In this document: one piece after another, positions 48,845 to 59,581 of the stretch
Layout: every line of letters begins with the position of its first letter
Numbering within the stretch: the first letter of the stretch is position 1
Notes under the pieces: model-generated
Seen by the model: the letters and a program-made list of their open reading frames with translations, nothing else
What the model was told of the DNA's origin: nothing
Databases searched by the model: none
Assembly (NCBI GenBank): GCA_963664405.1
Contig: OY761158.1
Coordinates: forward strand, 4,352,001 to 4,416,000
Direction of reading: 5' to 3'
Length of the DNA: 64,000 nt
From: Thermoanaerobaculia bacterium
GTDB taxonomy: Bacteria; Acidobacteriota; Thermoanaerobaculia; Multivoradales; Multivoraceae
Made by a program: the position numbers and the translations under genes

Positions 48845-50269
48845 ATGAGCCATCGAGCCTCGACGCAACAACGCTGGGCGCAGTTTCGCTTCAGTGTGGT
48901 GGGTGAGCTGTTGGCTGCGCCTCCCGCACCGGGACATCTGCAGGTGGAATTGTCTCGACTCTCCCAGAAGGCCTGGCGCCATCCGATCACGGAGAAGGCG
49001 GTGTACTTTGCCCGCTCGACGATTGAGCGTTGGTACTACACGGCCCTGGCCGGTCGCGATCCGATCGGGGCGCTACAACGCCGATCGAGAAGCGACAGCG
49101 GCCAAGCGCGCGCCATCCCAACCCGGATCGCCGAGCTGATCCACACGCAATACAAGGCCCACCCGACGTGGAGCTACCAGCTCCATTGGGACAATCTGGA
49201 CGTGGTGCTAAAAGAGCGACCGGAGCCAGGGAAGGTGCCTTCCTACTCCACCCTGCGCCGCTTCATGATCGCGCACGGTTGGCCCAAACAACGACGCACG
49301 AAGGGAAAGGATCGCAGCACTGCCTCCGGTGCCCCTGCGCGCGAGAAGCGCAGCTACGAAGCCGAGTACGTCAACGGGCTCTGGCACCTCGACTTCCACC
49401 ACGGCTCGCGCAAGATCCCGAGCTCCGCAGGGACCTGGGAAGTACCGATGCTGCTGGCGATTCTCGACGATCACTCCCGGCTCACCTGCCATCTGCAGTG
49501 GTATCTGCACGAGACCGCCGAGTGTCTGATCCACGCTCTGATCCAAGCCTTCATCAAACGCGGACTGTGCCGCTCACTGCTCACCGATAACGGCAGCGCC
49601 ATGATCGCCGACGAGACCACCGAGGGGCTCCTACGCCTCTCCGTCGTCCATCGCACCACATTGCCCCGGAGCCCCTATCAAAACGGGAAACAAGAAAACT
49701 TCTTCTCTCGAGTCGAATCCCGCCTCCTCGCCATGCTCGAAGGACACGCGGATCTCAATCTGGCATTGCTCAATGAGGCGACGCTGGCTTGGGTGGAGAT
49801 GGAGTATCACCGCACCGTCCATTCCGAGACCGGCCAGACGCCGCTCGACCGCTTTCTCGAGGGTCCCTCCGTCTCTCGGATCTGCCCCAGCCTGGACGAG
49901 CTGCGCTTCGCCTTCACCGCCGCTCGAAAGCGCACCCAGCGCCAAAGCGACGGCACCATCAGCCTCGACGGCACCCGTTTCGAGATCCCCTCTCGTTTCC
50001 ATCATCTCAACCGGATCTCGGTGCGATACCAGAGCTGGGAGAAAAGCTCCGTCTTCATGGTCGACGAAAGCTCCGACGTCCCACTCGAGCGCCTCTACCC
50101 CCTCGACAAGGCAAGAAACGCTTCCGGCATCCGCCGCCCGATCCAACCCCAGAGCACCGACGAGCCGACAGGCCCGGAGCCTGGCATCGCACCCCTACTC
50201 CGCAAACACATGGCGGAGTACGCCGCCACCGGGCTCCCGCCCGCCTACCTCAAAAAGGAGACACCGTGA
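48845..50269 (+). CDS. DDE transposase/integrase with Mu-transposase-like C-terminal domain
   Basis: LWHLD, LTDNGS, NGKQE..F, DGTISLDG.RFEIP. Confidence 0.93.
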   Translation: MSHRASTQQRWAQFRFSVVGELLAAPPAPGHLQVELSRLSQKAWRHPITEKAVYFARSTIERWYYTALAGRDPIGALQRRSRSDSGQARAIPTRIAELIHTQYKAHPTWSYQLHWDNLDVVLKERPEPGKVPSYSTLRRFMIAHGWPKQRRTKGKDRSTASGAPAREKRSYEAEYVNGLWHLDFHHGSRKIPSSAGTWEVPMLLAILDDHSRLTCHLQWYLHETAECLIHALIQAFIKRGLCRSLLTDNGSAMIADETTEGLLRLSVVHRTTLPRSPYQNGKQENFFSRVESRLLAMLEGHADLNLALLNEATLAWVEMEYHRTVHSETGQTPLDRFLEGPSVSRICPSLDELRFAFTAARKRTQRQSDGTISLDGTRFEIPSRFHHLNRISVRYQSWEKSSVFMVDESSDVPLERLYPLDKARNASGIRRPIQPQSTDEPTGPEPGIAPLLRKHMAEYAATGLPPAYLKKETP

Positions 50270-51108
50270 ACAACCAGAAACTACTGGCACTCTTCGGACT
50301 GAAGTGGAACCCCTTTACCCCCAACATCCCCGTCGAAGCGCTGTGGCGACACCCGCATCTCGACCACTTCTGCTGGCGCCTGGAGACCCTCGTCCACGAC
50401 GGTGGCTTCGCATTGATCTCCGGTGATCCCGGCACCGGCAAGTCGGTCGCTCTACGCACCCTCGCTCACCACCTTCAACACCTGCCCGACCTGCGCACCG
50501 GAGTCCTCACGCGGCCACAGAGCAGTCTCGCCGACTTTTACCGTGAGCTCGGACAGCTCTTCGGGGTCCCGCTCAATCCACACAACCGATGGGCCGGATT
50601 CAAAGCCCTCCGACAGACCTGGCTCTCCCATGTCGATGCCACCCATCAAAGACCCGTACTCTTGATCGACGAAGCCCAGGAGCTCGCCGCCAACGTGCTG
50701 GCCGAACTGCGCATCCTCGCCTCTGCGGACTTCGACTCACGCTCCATCCTCACCGTCGTCCTGTGCGGCGACTCCCGACTCACACAGCTCTTCCGACGAG
50801 ACGATTTCCTACCCGTCGCCAGCCGCATCCGCGTACGCCTCCTCCTCGACTACCTGCCCCCAGAGACGTTGGCCGAATGGCTCCAGCACTCCCTGACACA
50901 AGCCGGAAACCCCAGTCTCCTCGACCACGAGGTCATCACCACTCTCGCCGAGCACGCCGCCGGAAACCTCAGAGTACTCGCACACATGGCCAACGAGCTC
51001 CTCGCCATGGCCGCCAAAGAAGAGCTACCCAACATCGATCAGAAGCTCTACCTCGAGGTCTTCTCGCCACCTACCTCCCAGCGCTCTCCCAGGAAAGCCC
51101 GTGCCTGA
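50266..51108 (+). CDS. ExeA-like AAA+ ATPase (transposition helper)
   Basis: FGLKWNPF, GDPGTGKS, VLLIDEAQ, GNLR; GTGA overlap with the transposase. Confidence 0.92.
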   Translation: MNNQKLLALFGLKWNPFTPNIPVEALWRHPHLDHFCWRLETLVHDGGFALISGDPGTGKSVALRTLAHHLQHLPDLRTGVLTRPQSSLADFYRELGQLFGVPLNPHNRWAGFKALRQTWLSHVDATHQRPVLLIDEAQELAANVLAELRILASADFDSRSILTVVLCGDSRLTQLFRRDDFLPVASRIRVRLLLDYLPPETLAEWLQHSLTQAGNPSLLDHEVITTLAEHAAGNLRVLAHMANELLAMAAKEELPNIDQKLYLEVFSPPTSQRSPRKARA

Positions 51109-51448
51109 CTCCCCATCCGCCCAGCAACAACGACGGCACCTCCAGAGCGTCCTCGAGCTCTATCGACGACATCCCCAAACCACCGGACGAGTCAGAAACG
51201 CCGATCGCCGCCTCGCCGTACATCTCTATCGAAACGGCGTTACCCTCGACACCATCAACGCTGCCTTACTACTCGTCGCCGCCAGGAGATGCAACGAGGC
51301 ACACACCACAACCCCCATCCAGAGTCTCCACTACTTCCTCCCCGTCATCCGAGAGATTCGCGATAGACCCCTCGATAACGGCTACCTCCGGTACCTTGAA
51401 ACTCTCATCCGCGACAGCAGCCAAGACCCAGACCATCATTTACTGTGA
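51101..51448 (+). CDS. Hypothetical protein inside the transposon
   Basis: 115-aa ORF overlapping the ATPase stop and ending at the right TIR. Confidence 0.65.
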   Translation: MPDSPSAQQQRRHLQSVLELYRRHPQTTGRVRNADRRLAVHLYRNGVTLDTINAALLLVAARRCNEAHTTTPIQSLHYFLPVIREIRDRPLDNGYLRYLETLIRDSSQDPDHHLL

Positions 51449-54400
51449 TCAGCCCGCCATCGATTACCGTGATCACTCTCACCACCGCGGAGGTTCAGCA
51501 TCCTGCTCTGCCTTCTCGCGTGCTAAAGCGATGAGGCAACTAGAGGACAGCGGGAAGCCCTTCTCCTCCGAAAGCGAAAGAACAGCTTGGTAGGCGTCTG
51601 GGCCTCGACGGTCAACAAGCGAAGAGAACAGTCTTTCACGGGCCCACTCGGCCTCATCCCTCTCATCAGGGCTATAGGCACCCTCGTGGACTGCGTCGTC
51701 TTTCGTGTTTACCTCTCGGTATGCGATGCGCACCAATGAAGAAAGCGCCGGAACCGACATAGAAGTGGGCGCCTCCGCTGCCAGGCCGAACTCTCGACCG
51801 AAAAGGACGGCCAAGCCTGCTTCCGTTGTAGCAGCCTTGGTATCGATCCACTTGATCAGCTGGGTCGTAGCCTGGTCGGTATCCGCCAGGAACAGCAGGG
51901 CAATAGAGCGTACAGCGCGATCGACATCATCGACCTTCAATGCTGCTCGAAATCGGCGGCGAGCGACCGCCACAACCCGACGCCTCTCCTCATCGGAGAA
52001 CTGCATTCGTCGCAGCGCCTGAATGCCTCGATCGAGCGCTCTCAGTGACGTCGCGTCCTCGCTCATCATGATCTCGAAGAGGGGGCCTTGTACAGAAGGA
52101 GGGAAGGGCGCACCCTTATCGCGATAATGGGTGAGCAGTTCGACCTGGCCCCCATCATGGCTTTTCCACTCATCTTCTAGAGCCTTGCTCACGACCGGTA
52201 GCACGGATACACCGCGTTGATCGATGAGCTTGTCGAGCCATTCGGGATAGCCCAGTTCACTCATGCAAGCGTGCCTTGCAGCGCAGGCGGCATCGGCGGC
52301 GCTGAGACCCGCTGGCCAGTTCGACTCCTCGCGAGCTTCGACCCCTATGCCTGCAAAGGAAAGGACGCTCGGATGCTTCCTTGAGAAACCACGATCGGTA
52401 CGCTCAGGGGCTTCAGGTCGTGTAATGCGCCAGAGCACCTTCATCCCTTCACAATAGGCCTCGGCTACGGTCCCGCCGAATGCCGGTGCCGGTGCCAGCA
52501 ATTGCCACTGCAAGGCTGCTTGCTCTGCGTTCTTTCCAGTCTTCTTCTGCAGCCACTGGGTTAGCCAGTAAAGTCTGGACGACCCTGTCTCCCAATCTGC
52601 CAATCGAGCTGGATCGGTTAGTCCGGCAGGGTCTGCTTGAAGCTCTTCCCTGAACCGGATCCACTGCGCCTCGGTCTCTTTTCTTTCCTCAGCCTCGCGG
52701 TCTTGCTTCTGTTGGGTGTTCCTTTCGTGCTCGAGCGCCGCTTCTAGCTCTGTCTCTGACGGAGGTGCGAGATAGCCGTCGAGATCGGCCGCCAGTTCAT
52801 TGCAGCCCGCAGCGAGCTCTCCTAGACGAGAGGATTCAGAGTCGAGTTCGCCAGCTGCGCGCAAGATTCGGGCGAGAGCGCTAAGAGCCACCTGTCGATC
52901 AGCAACCAGCGGGCGATGCGAGTAGTCTTCAAAGAGCCAGCCCACGTCATGGGGCCCAAGCTCCCATAGAACGTCACCGCACCCCCAGACATGCGAAAGC
53001 CTCGTTGGGTATTCCTCGGCGTGGCGGTTGTCGTTTAGCCGCGTCTCCTCGACGTCAGCCCAGAAAAGTGTGCGCTGCAGTTGCGAATCACCGGTCACGA
53101 GCGCTCTTAGGGCAGGTTCTTCTTGGTCCCAGTTGCGCTGACTGTCAGCCCGCTCGACAGCCATGAGGAAACGTACAAGCACTCCAGGGGGGTCAGCGTT
53201 CCCCATGTCTATAACAACGTCGCGAGCGATCTTTGCCATACGCCTTGCGATGCCGACGTGGCGAGCTGAGATACGTCCGTGCCTGGACTGGAAGGGTGGT
53301 GAGAGACTCAAGTCTGAGAGGCCGACGATCAGTCTCTCGCGTGCGTCTGAATCAGGGCAAACTTCCCACAGCTTCGCGACTTCGCTCTCGAAGCCACCTA
53401 ACGATCCTGGCTCCGCCGACGGCGTTAGCTCGACCAAGCGAAGCACCTCGTCGACATCAAGGTGTTCTGGAAAGAGAACCCCCACGAATTCCGGTGCGAG
53501 AACGGCACTCGCCGGACCGGCGGCTCCCTTCAACCAGCCTGCTGCTTGCCGTAACCCGTCGGTGTCCTCACACGCGCTGAGTGCCTCAAGCGCGACGATG
53601 CGAAAGTGGTCTCCGCACCCTTGGTCGACAGCTACTTTACGGGCGAGGTGGGCGCAGGCCGCTATCCTCCCTTCCCTCACGATGCGGAGGAGGTTTGTAC
53701 GGAAGAACTCTCGCTTGTTGAGACCCCAGCAGCGCTCGATGGTCGAGGCGAGTTCAGGGTCGGAGAACATCCAAAGGGCTCGTTCATCGGGAATGTAATC
53801 TGCCCTCCGGCCCTCCGGTCCCGCCTTCGCGTAATTGAGCAGGAGGGTCTTCTTTGCATCGAGGGGCAGCGAGCCCGGGTCTCCGTAGCGCAAAGCACGA
53901 TCGGTGCGCGTCGGATGATTTCGGCGCGGATGTCGGTCTGACTCAGCGACAGCCATGCTGCAGCGCCTTGCAGTGACGGTACGAGAGCTTCGACTCCGTA
54001 GACGTCCTCGAAGAGCAAGTCCTTCACAACGTGGCGGGGGCAGCCTCCCTCGAGGAGGCGTTTGAGCCAGCTCGCCATCAGGTACTCCCTAGTACCGCGA
54101 TGGTGGAAGCGGATACGCCCATAGGTGGCTTGCTCGAAGACGCCTCTTCGTAGCAGTGCATTCCGCTCCGCGTCCGTCCAGCTGTCGAGCACTTCGGCCG
54201 AATCAATGGCACCGGCAGCAAGCGTCGGATCAGCCTCTTGGCCCGATGCTCGAATAGTTGAACTCTTCACCAAGGCCAATGCAGCTGACAGTCGCTCGGC
54301 GCCGCGCCGCGATTTGTCGTTGGCGAGATCTCGGTTGTCTGCTCGGTATCGGTCGTGCTCACGCAGCTTCCGATTCACGCTGTTCTCGGTCATTCTCTCC

Positions 54401-55441
54401 AGGCTGTCAAAGCCGTTCCAGGCCTTCCAGTGCTCAGCGAGATCGAGAAGATCCCCCGGCCGTTGCGCCAGGTTGTCGAGCCCCTGCTGCACAATCGCTT
54501 GGACGAATACCGCAGGTTCCTCTGCTCCGGCACTCGCAGCAAGTAGCCGCATTTGTTCAGGATCGAGAGGCACAAGCCTGACCACCAGAGTGTCGTCGGC
54601 TTCCTCGGTACGCCGTGGTAAGCCGAAGACCGAGTTCGTCGGCACCTTGCTCCCAAATATGGGGCCGAGCAGATACGAATCGTCCTCCTCAGCGGAGATT
54701 GGAGCTTGCTCCTTCCATGCTGGTAGAAGCCGCCTGAATTCAGCTAGGTCGGTACGGCCCTTCCAGTCGCTTCCGCGACAAGAGATGTATACATGTGCAC
54801 GGTGTAGAGCTCCAGAGACTTCACGCGCAAAGTGCGACAGAGCTCTTTGCAGGCTCTTGCCATGGAGTTGCGCTTCATCTACAGAATCCAGAAAGAACCA
54901 CCCCTCCTCGCTCCCACTCTCCTTCCACTGCTCGAACTTCCTTGCTGCTTGTGGATCAAGGGCAGCGTCGAAGCCATAGTCGGCAAGGTCCTCGATGCGG
55001 ACGAAGAACCCCGACTTGCCCTCAGCGAGCAACGACGCTGCACGGTTCCGGAACTCCTCTGTCTTCCCGCTCGAGGCCTCAGCGAGCAACACCACGCGAC
55101 GGTGCGTGAGTAGGCCAGACCAGTGGAGCGAACCCGATAGCCCTAAGAGTCTGTGAACCTCCAGACTCCACTCCTCGTCCTTCTCAACACGAACGAAGCG
55201 ACGATCAAGTTCGACAAATTCCATACTGGAGGTCACCTACGACTCACTGTCTGGAATCCTCTCACGCCCCGCCTGGCAGCTGCACCGTCGCCCGCACCTC
55301 TTTCAGCATGCGCTCCGCGCTTTACACCTGCCAGCGCCATTCGCCACAATCAACTGGGCGAATCGAGCAATCGCGCAGACTCGCTGACTGCGGGTTCCCC
55401 TAACGATCGACGGTGGCGTACAGAGGGGGCGGCAGGAATCT

Positions 55442-56020
55442 ATGATCGTTTTCATCCAGGGCCCCCCAGCATCCGGCAAGTCGACACTGGGTATGGGGCT
55501 CAGCGCGAAGCTAAACATCCCCCATGTCAGCAAAGATGACATCAAAGAAAATCTGTTCGATTCATTGGGGGCGCGCGATGCCGCGTGGTCACGCGAGTTG
55601 GGGGCGGCGTCGAATCGACTGCTCTTCCTACTGGTGCGAAAGTACGCGTCGCTTTCGCGGGACATCATCATCGAGAGCAACTTCTCGAGAGATGAAGTAG
55701 CAGAAATCGAACGGACTCTCGCAGGCGGAAGTCAGGACGTCTGTGATGTGTTCCTGACTGCGCCGCCCGATGTACTGATGGCGCGTTTCCGGGAGCGCTG
55801 GGAGTCCGGGCGGCGTCATCCGGGACATGTGGACGATCAGCGATATGAAGACATCGAGAGCTACATTGCCGAACAGAAGTCGCGGCCGATGGGGCTCGGG
55901 ATAGTCCAGATCCGGATCAACACCGAACGCGAAGGCCCGGACTCCGTTCTGTCGACCGTACTTGCACAGCTCGCGGCGGTCGCCGCATCTCAGGGAGCTT
56001 CGACCGGGCCCAGCAAATGA
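55442..56020 (+). CDS. P-loop small-molecule kinase (AAA_33-like)
   Basis: IQGPPASGKST, SKDDIKE.L, IIESNF, R...R...RHPGH. Confidence 0.85.
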   Translation: MIVFIQGPPASGKSTLGMGLSAKLNIPHVSKDDIKENLFDSLGARDAAWSRELGAASNRLLFLLVRKYASLSRDIIIESNFSRDEVAEIERTLAGGSQDVCDVFLTAPPDVLMARFRERWESGRRHPGHVDDQRYEDIESYIAEQKSRPMGLGIVQIRINTEREGPDSVLSTVLAQLAAVAASQGASTGPSK

Positions 56021-56790
56021 AGCTGACCATGCAGCAGGATGCTATCGGGCAGGCAGTCTATGACTGTTATCGGGGGCTCGGCGGGTACGAGATCATCGAG
56101 CGCTCCGATGGCTTCATCCAGGAAAGTGGCGGCCCCAGGATCTACCTATCCGAGTATCGATCTTGGCCACGCTACCAGAAGCTCGCGCTTCGGCACGTGA
56201 GTGGCCGTGTGCTCGACATTGGCTGTAATGCCGGCAGGCATGCCCTCTACCTTCAGGAACGAGGCCACTCCGTCCTGGGTATCGACATCTCGCCGCTCGC
56301 AATCAAGACCGCCGGCCTGAGGGGCCTGAAAGCAAGGAGGGTCCTCCCGATCACGGGTGTTAGCAGGCACTTGGGATCTTTCGAGACCATTTTCCTTCTC
56401 GGTAACAACTTTGGCCTCTTTGCCACTTGGGCGCGAGCACGGTGGCTGCTACGCCGCCTGAGGACGATCACCGCGGAGGATGCTCGCCTCATCGTAGAAA
56501 GCCTGGATGTGTACCGGACGGACGAACCAGAGCATCTCGAATACCAGGCAGAGAATCGCAGACTTGGCCGGATGAGCGGTCAAATCCGGATGAGGGCTCG
56601 ATACAAGCAGTTTGCCACGCCCTGGTTCGACTATCTGATGGTGTCGCAGCAGGAGATGGAGTCCATTCTTGAGGGAACGGGCTGGATCACCAACCGGTTC
56701 TTCAATGGACCTGGTGGCTCGTACGCCGCTGTCATCAAGAAAGAGACATTAGGGACCCCTACTTGCGCCCCAGTTGCGTCGAAGGAGTAA
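56017..56790 (+). CDS. Class I SAM-dependent methyltransferase
   Basis: VLDIGCNAGRH, GIDISP, LLGNNFG; ATGA overlap with the kinase. Confidence 0.88.
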   Translation: MKLTMQQDAIGQAVYDCYRGLGGYEIIERSDGFIQESGGPRIYLSEYRSWPRYQKLALRHVSGRVLDIGCNAGRHALYLQERGHSVLGIDISPLAIKTAGLRGLKARRVLPITGVSRHLGSFETIFLLGNNFGLFATWARARWLLRRLRTITAEDARLIVESLDVYRTDEPEHLEYQAENRRLGRMSGQIRMRARYKQFATPWFDYLMVSQQEMESILEGTGWITNRFFNGPGGSYAAVIKKETLGTPTCAPVASKE

Positions 56791-57200
56791 GATCAGAGCT
56801 GGCCTATAGGGCCGGACCCCCCGGTCCACGAGCGGCAGGGAAGCCACGGCGGGACCCCCCGCAGCCAACCCTGCCCAGTTTCTCTGCCGCCGTTCTTCGC
56901 GAGCCCCGCCCCCGATCGGGATCGCGAGCCCCCAACAGAGCCTCCCACCTGCGCCCCGGTTGCGCCTAGGGGCCGTATGCTGAGGTGTTCTCACGAAAGG
57001 ATATCTGTGTCTTGGGTTAGAGAACCGTGCTCGGCCAGGCCGCACCAGAGCGTGGGCTCCACTACCACCGGCTGTTGCTTCTGGAGAATCCGAGCGACGT
57101 GGCCCGAAACCTCGCCCGCCATCGCCTGGCCGGCGTCGTACTTCTCCCGGAAAGTGAAGCGAGTGGCCTGCGAGTCCATCCGAATGGGACGATAGTCGCC

Positions 57201-57848
57201 ATGCTGCGGACACCCCAGCGTCCCGGAGCTCAACCGTCGCCGACCGCGGCCACCGCGCTGAGCTACGACCGCATAGCCGACGACTACGTGAAGCGCAACC
57301 GGGACCGATCCGCTATGGCCCCGGCCATGGACCGGTTCGCGGCGCAGCTCGCACCCGGCGCGCTCGTCGTGGATGTCGGCTGCGGGCCCGGGTTCGACGG
57401 GGTGCTGCTTCGGCAGCGCGGGCTGCGGGTGATCGGGGTGGACCTGTCGGCGGGGATGCTCGCAACCGCGCGGGAGCTCTTCCCCGGCGTATTCGTGCAG
57501 GGCGACCTGCGACGGCTGCCGCTGTCGCGGCGCGCGGACGGGCTCTGGGTGAACGCGTCGCTGTTGCACGTGCCGCGGGACGAGGTGCCGGTGGCTCTGG
57601 AGGGGTTCGCGGGGGCGCTGCGGCCGGGCGGCGTGCTGTTCGTCAGCGTGAAGGCGGGGGACGACGAGGGCTGGGAGGACGAACCGGCGTACGGCGATCC
57701 CCGCTGGTTCACGTACTGGACCGAGGACGCGCTCGACGCGGCGTTGGCCAGCGCCGGGTTCACGGTGACCGACGGGCGGACGAACCCGTCGCCGTTGGGG
57801 CTGTGGATCCTGCGGGTAGCGCATTTCCGCGGGCCGGGCTCGGCGTAG
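57201..57848 (+). CDS. Class I SAM-dependent methyltransferase (very high GC)
   Basis: YD.IA..Y, VVDVGCGPG, GVDLS..ML, ASLLHVP, LRPGG.LFVS. Confidence 0.88.
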   Translation: MLRTPQRPGAQPSPTAATALSYDRIADDYVKRNRDRSAMAPAMDRFAAQLAPGALVVDVGCGPGFDGVLLRQRGLRVIGVDLSAGMLATARELFPGVFVQGDLRRLPLSRRADGLWVNASLLHVPRDEVPVALEGFAGALRPGGVLFVSVKAGDDEGWEDEPAYGDPRWFTYWTEDALDAALASAGFTVTDGRTNPSPLGLWILRVAHFRGPGSA

Positions 57849-58105
57849 CGGACGTGATCACCTTGTGCGTCCTTTCGCGCGACGCAACCCGGGCCCCGCG
57901 TCCTGAGTCGGACTTCGACTTCCCGGTCGCTGCCCGAGATGAGCTGTTCGCCCTTCCAACCCTCTCGTCGTCCCGGCAGGGAAAGTGCCATCTCGCTACT
58001 TGCTAGGACGCGCTCCTCGAACCGAGGGAAGACTACAGACGACAGACGATGACGGTCGAGTAGGGTGTACACAGCAATAAAATGCACGACTGAAGGAAAC
58101 CACGA

Positions 58106-58513
58106 ATGAAGAGACGTCATGGAAGCTGTCTTTGCGGCGGTGCAAGGTTTGCGATCACCGGCGAGATTCGGGGGGTCGGAAGTTGTCACTGCTCGAAGTG
58201 CCGCAAGGTGTCTGGGACCGGAGGGAACGCTCAGTTCATTGTTCCAAGAGACAGCTTTCAGTGGCTTCGGGGTGAGTCGGATGCCATGACCTTCCAACGC
58301 GATGACGGCTGGAGCGTGTCTCGCTGCAACACCTGTGGCAGCCCACTACCTCGTAGCTATGACGGACAACGGTTCTGGGTCCCTGGGGGCCTGATGGACG
58401 ACCCGCTCGACACGGACGTGAAGAGGCACATCTTCTGCGCTTCAAGAGCAGACTGGGATCGAGAGTCAGAGACTGCCGAGTACCACGATGAATACCCGCC
58501 AGCGCTCAGCTAG
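58106..58513 (+). CDS. GFA-family protein
   Basis: GSCLCG, CHCSKCRK, CNTCGS, HIF..S.ADW. Confidence 0.92.
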   Translation: MKRRHGSCLCGGARFAITGEIRGVGSCHCSKCRKVSGTGGNAQFIVPRDSFQWLRGESDAMTFQRDDGWSVSRCNTCGSPLPRSYDGQRFWVPGGLMDDPLDTDVKRHIFCASRADWDRESETAEYHDEYPPALS

Positions 58514-58582
58514 CATGGCCTAGGCTCCGACAACTTGTTCCTTTCACCTTTCCCTTTGGGCTAGTGTTGGTGCGAGCAGAGA

Positions 58583-59311
58583 ATGTCTATCTCAAGGGAG
58601 AGCATCAAGGGACTGTGCTTCGATTTCGGCAATACGCTCGTGGAATTTGGACCCAGGCAGGTAGCCGCACAGTACGAAACATTTGAGCGAACGTTGACTG
58701 GCCTGTTCGGTCCCTGCGACGCAGCGCGCTTCAAGGCCGTGCGAGATCGCCAGCGCGCTGCCCCGCTCAGCAACGGCTATAAGGAGAGCGAATTGACGTC
58801 GCTCTCGCAGGAGTTGATTCGGGAGCTCTATGACGCGGAGCCGGACGAGAACCACATCGAAGTCCTAAATCAGACGCGTTGCGATTCGGTAGCTGATGCC
58901 ATTGAACTTAACGATGAGGTGTTGCCGCTCTTGCGCGAGCTCCGGCGGCGGTACCGCCTGGGATTGTTGTCGAACTACCCCTGCGGTCGCTCTGTTCGCA
59001 ACGTCCTCGCCAAGGTGGGCCTGTTGGACATCTTCGAGGTGGTTGTGATCTCGGGCGATGTCGGGTACGTGAAGCCTCACACCAGGCCGTTCGAGGCCAT
59101 GTTGTCGCAGATGGGCCTTGCCCCCTCGGAGTGTCTATACGTCGGCGACAACTGGCTGGCGGATATTCAAGGGGCAAAGCAGATCGGGATGCGGGCGGTT
59201 CTAACGACTCAGTACACACCCCACACAATCTTCAAGCCCGTGGTGGGCGATCACTTACCCGACGCACGCATCGCACACCTAGACGAACTTCGGGCGCTGC
59301 TTCTGAGCTGA
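58583..59311 (+). CDS. HAD-superfamily hydrolase
   Basis: FDFGNTL, LLSN, KP, YVGDNW.ADIQGA. Confidence 0.9.
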   Translation: MSISRESIKGLCFDFGNTLVEFGPRQVAAQYETFERTLTGLFGPCDAARFKAVRDRQRAAPLSNGYKESELTSLSQELIRELYDAEPDENHIEVLNQTRCDSVADAIELNDEVLPLLRELRRRYRLGLLSNYPCGRSVRNVLAKVGLLDIFEVVVISGDVGYVKPHTRPFEAMLSQMGLAPSECLYVGDNWLADIQGAKQIGMRAVLTTQYTPHTIFKPVVGDHLPDARIAHLDELRALLLS

Positions 59312-59334
59312 GACTGGGCCGCACCGATTCCTCT

Positions 59335-59396
59335 ATCGCATCCGCTACCACCTTCCGCTAGAGAAGGCGCCAACGCCCATCGCAAGCTTCCACCAG
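59335..59396 (+). repeat. Palindromic ~30-bp site, cluster 1 (one full unit plus degenerate flanking units)
   Basis: CACCTTCCGCTAGAGAAGGCGCCAACGCCCAT, 31/32 identical to 59924-59955. Confidence 0.85.
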
Positions 59397-59581
59397 TCCG
59401 GTCGCGATCAGAATCACCGCTGTCAGAGTCGCCTGGAGGACGAGCAGCGACTGCTGCGCCCCGAGCGTTCCGAATAGGCGACTTTGTCGCTTGTTCCTCA
59501 GACGCTCCGTGGAAAGACGGATTGGAAACCCGCAGTCCAAACCTCGTGGAGAGTCCTGGGGTAGCCGGTCGGCGAGAGGTG

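Larger units (their letters stand above)
47927..51481 (+). mobile_element. 3555-bp four-gene transposon (Cys-rich/HTH ORF, Mu/IS481-like DDE transposase, ExeA-like AAA+ ATPase, small ORF)
   Basis: 25-bp TIR with 22/25 identity (TGAGAGTGATCA.GGTA.T.GATGG); 6-bp target duplication CCACCG at 47921-26 and 51482-87. Confidence 0.95.
47324..55224 (-). pseudogene. NACHT/STAND NTPase - helical region - C-terminal PD-(D/E)xK nuclease (~1446 aa reconstructed), split by a transposon and a 1-bp frameshift
   Basis: Walker A LAEASSGKT, Walker B FFLDSVDE, ISCR, RFHHRGTREYLMA; frame change at 53892-53894; removing 47927-51487 gives continuous ...AEPPRWKATEVPAF... into RETEV...KPDIVV...IEVK. Confidence 0.88.

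Noticed and set aside
56991-57179. Small minus-strand ORF MDSQATRFTFREKYDAG...
   Set aside because: May be a gene remnant, but no motif or other support for coding status was seen.
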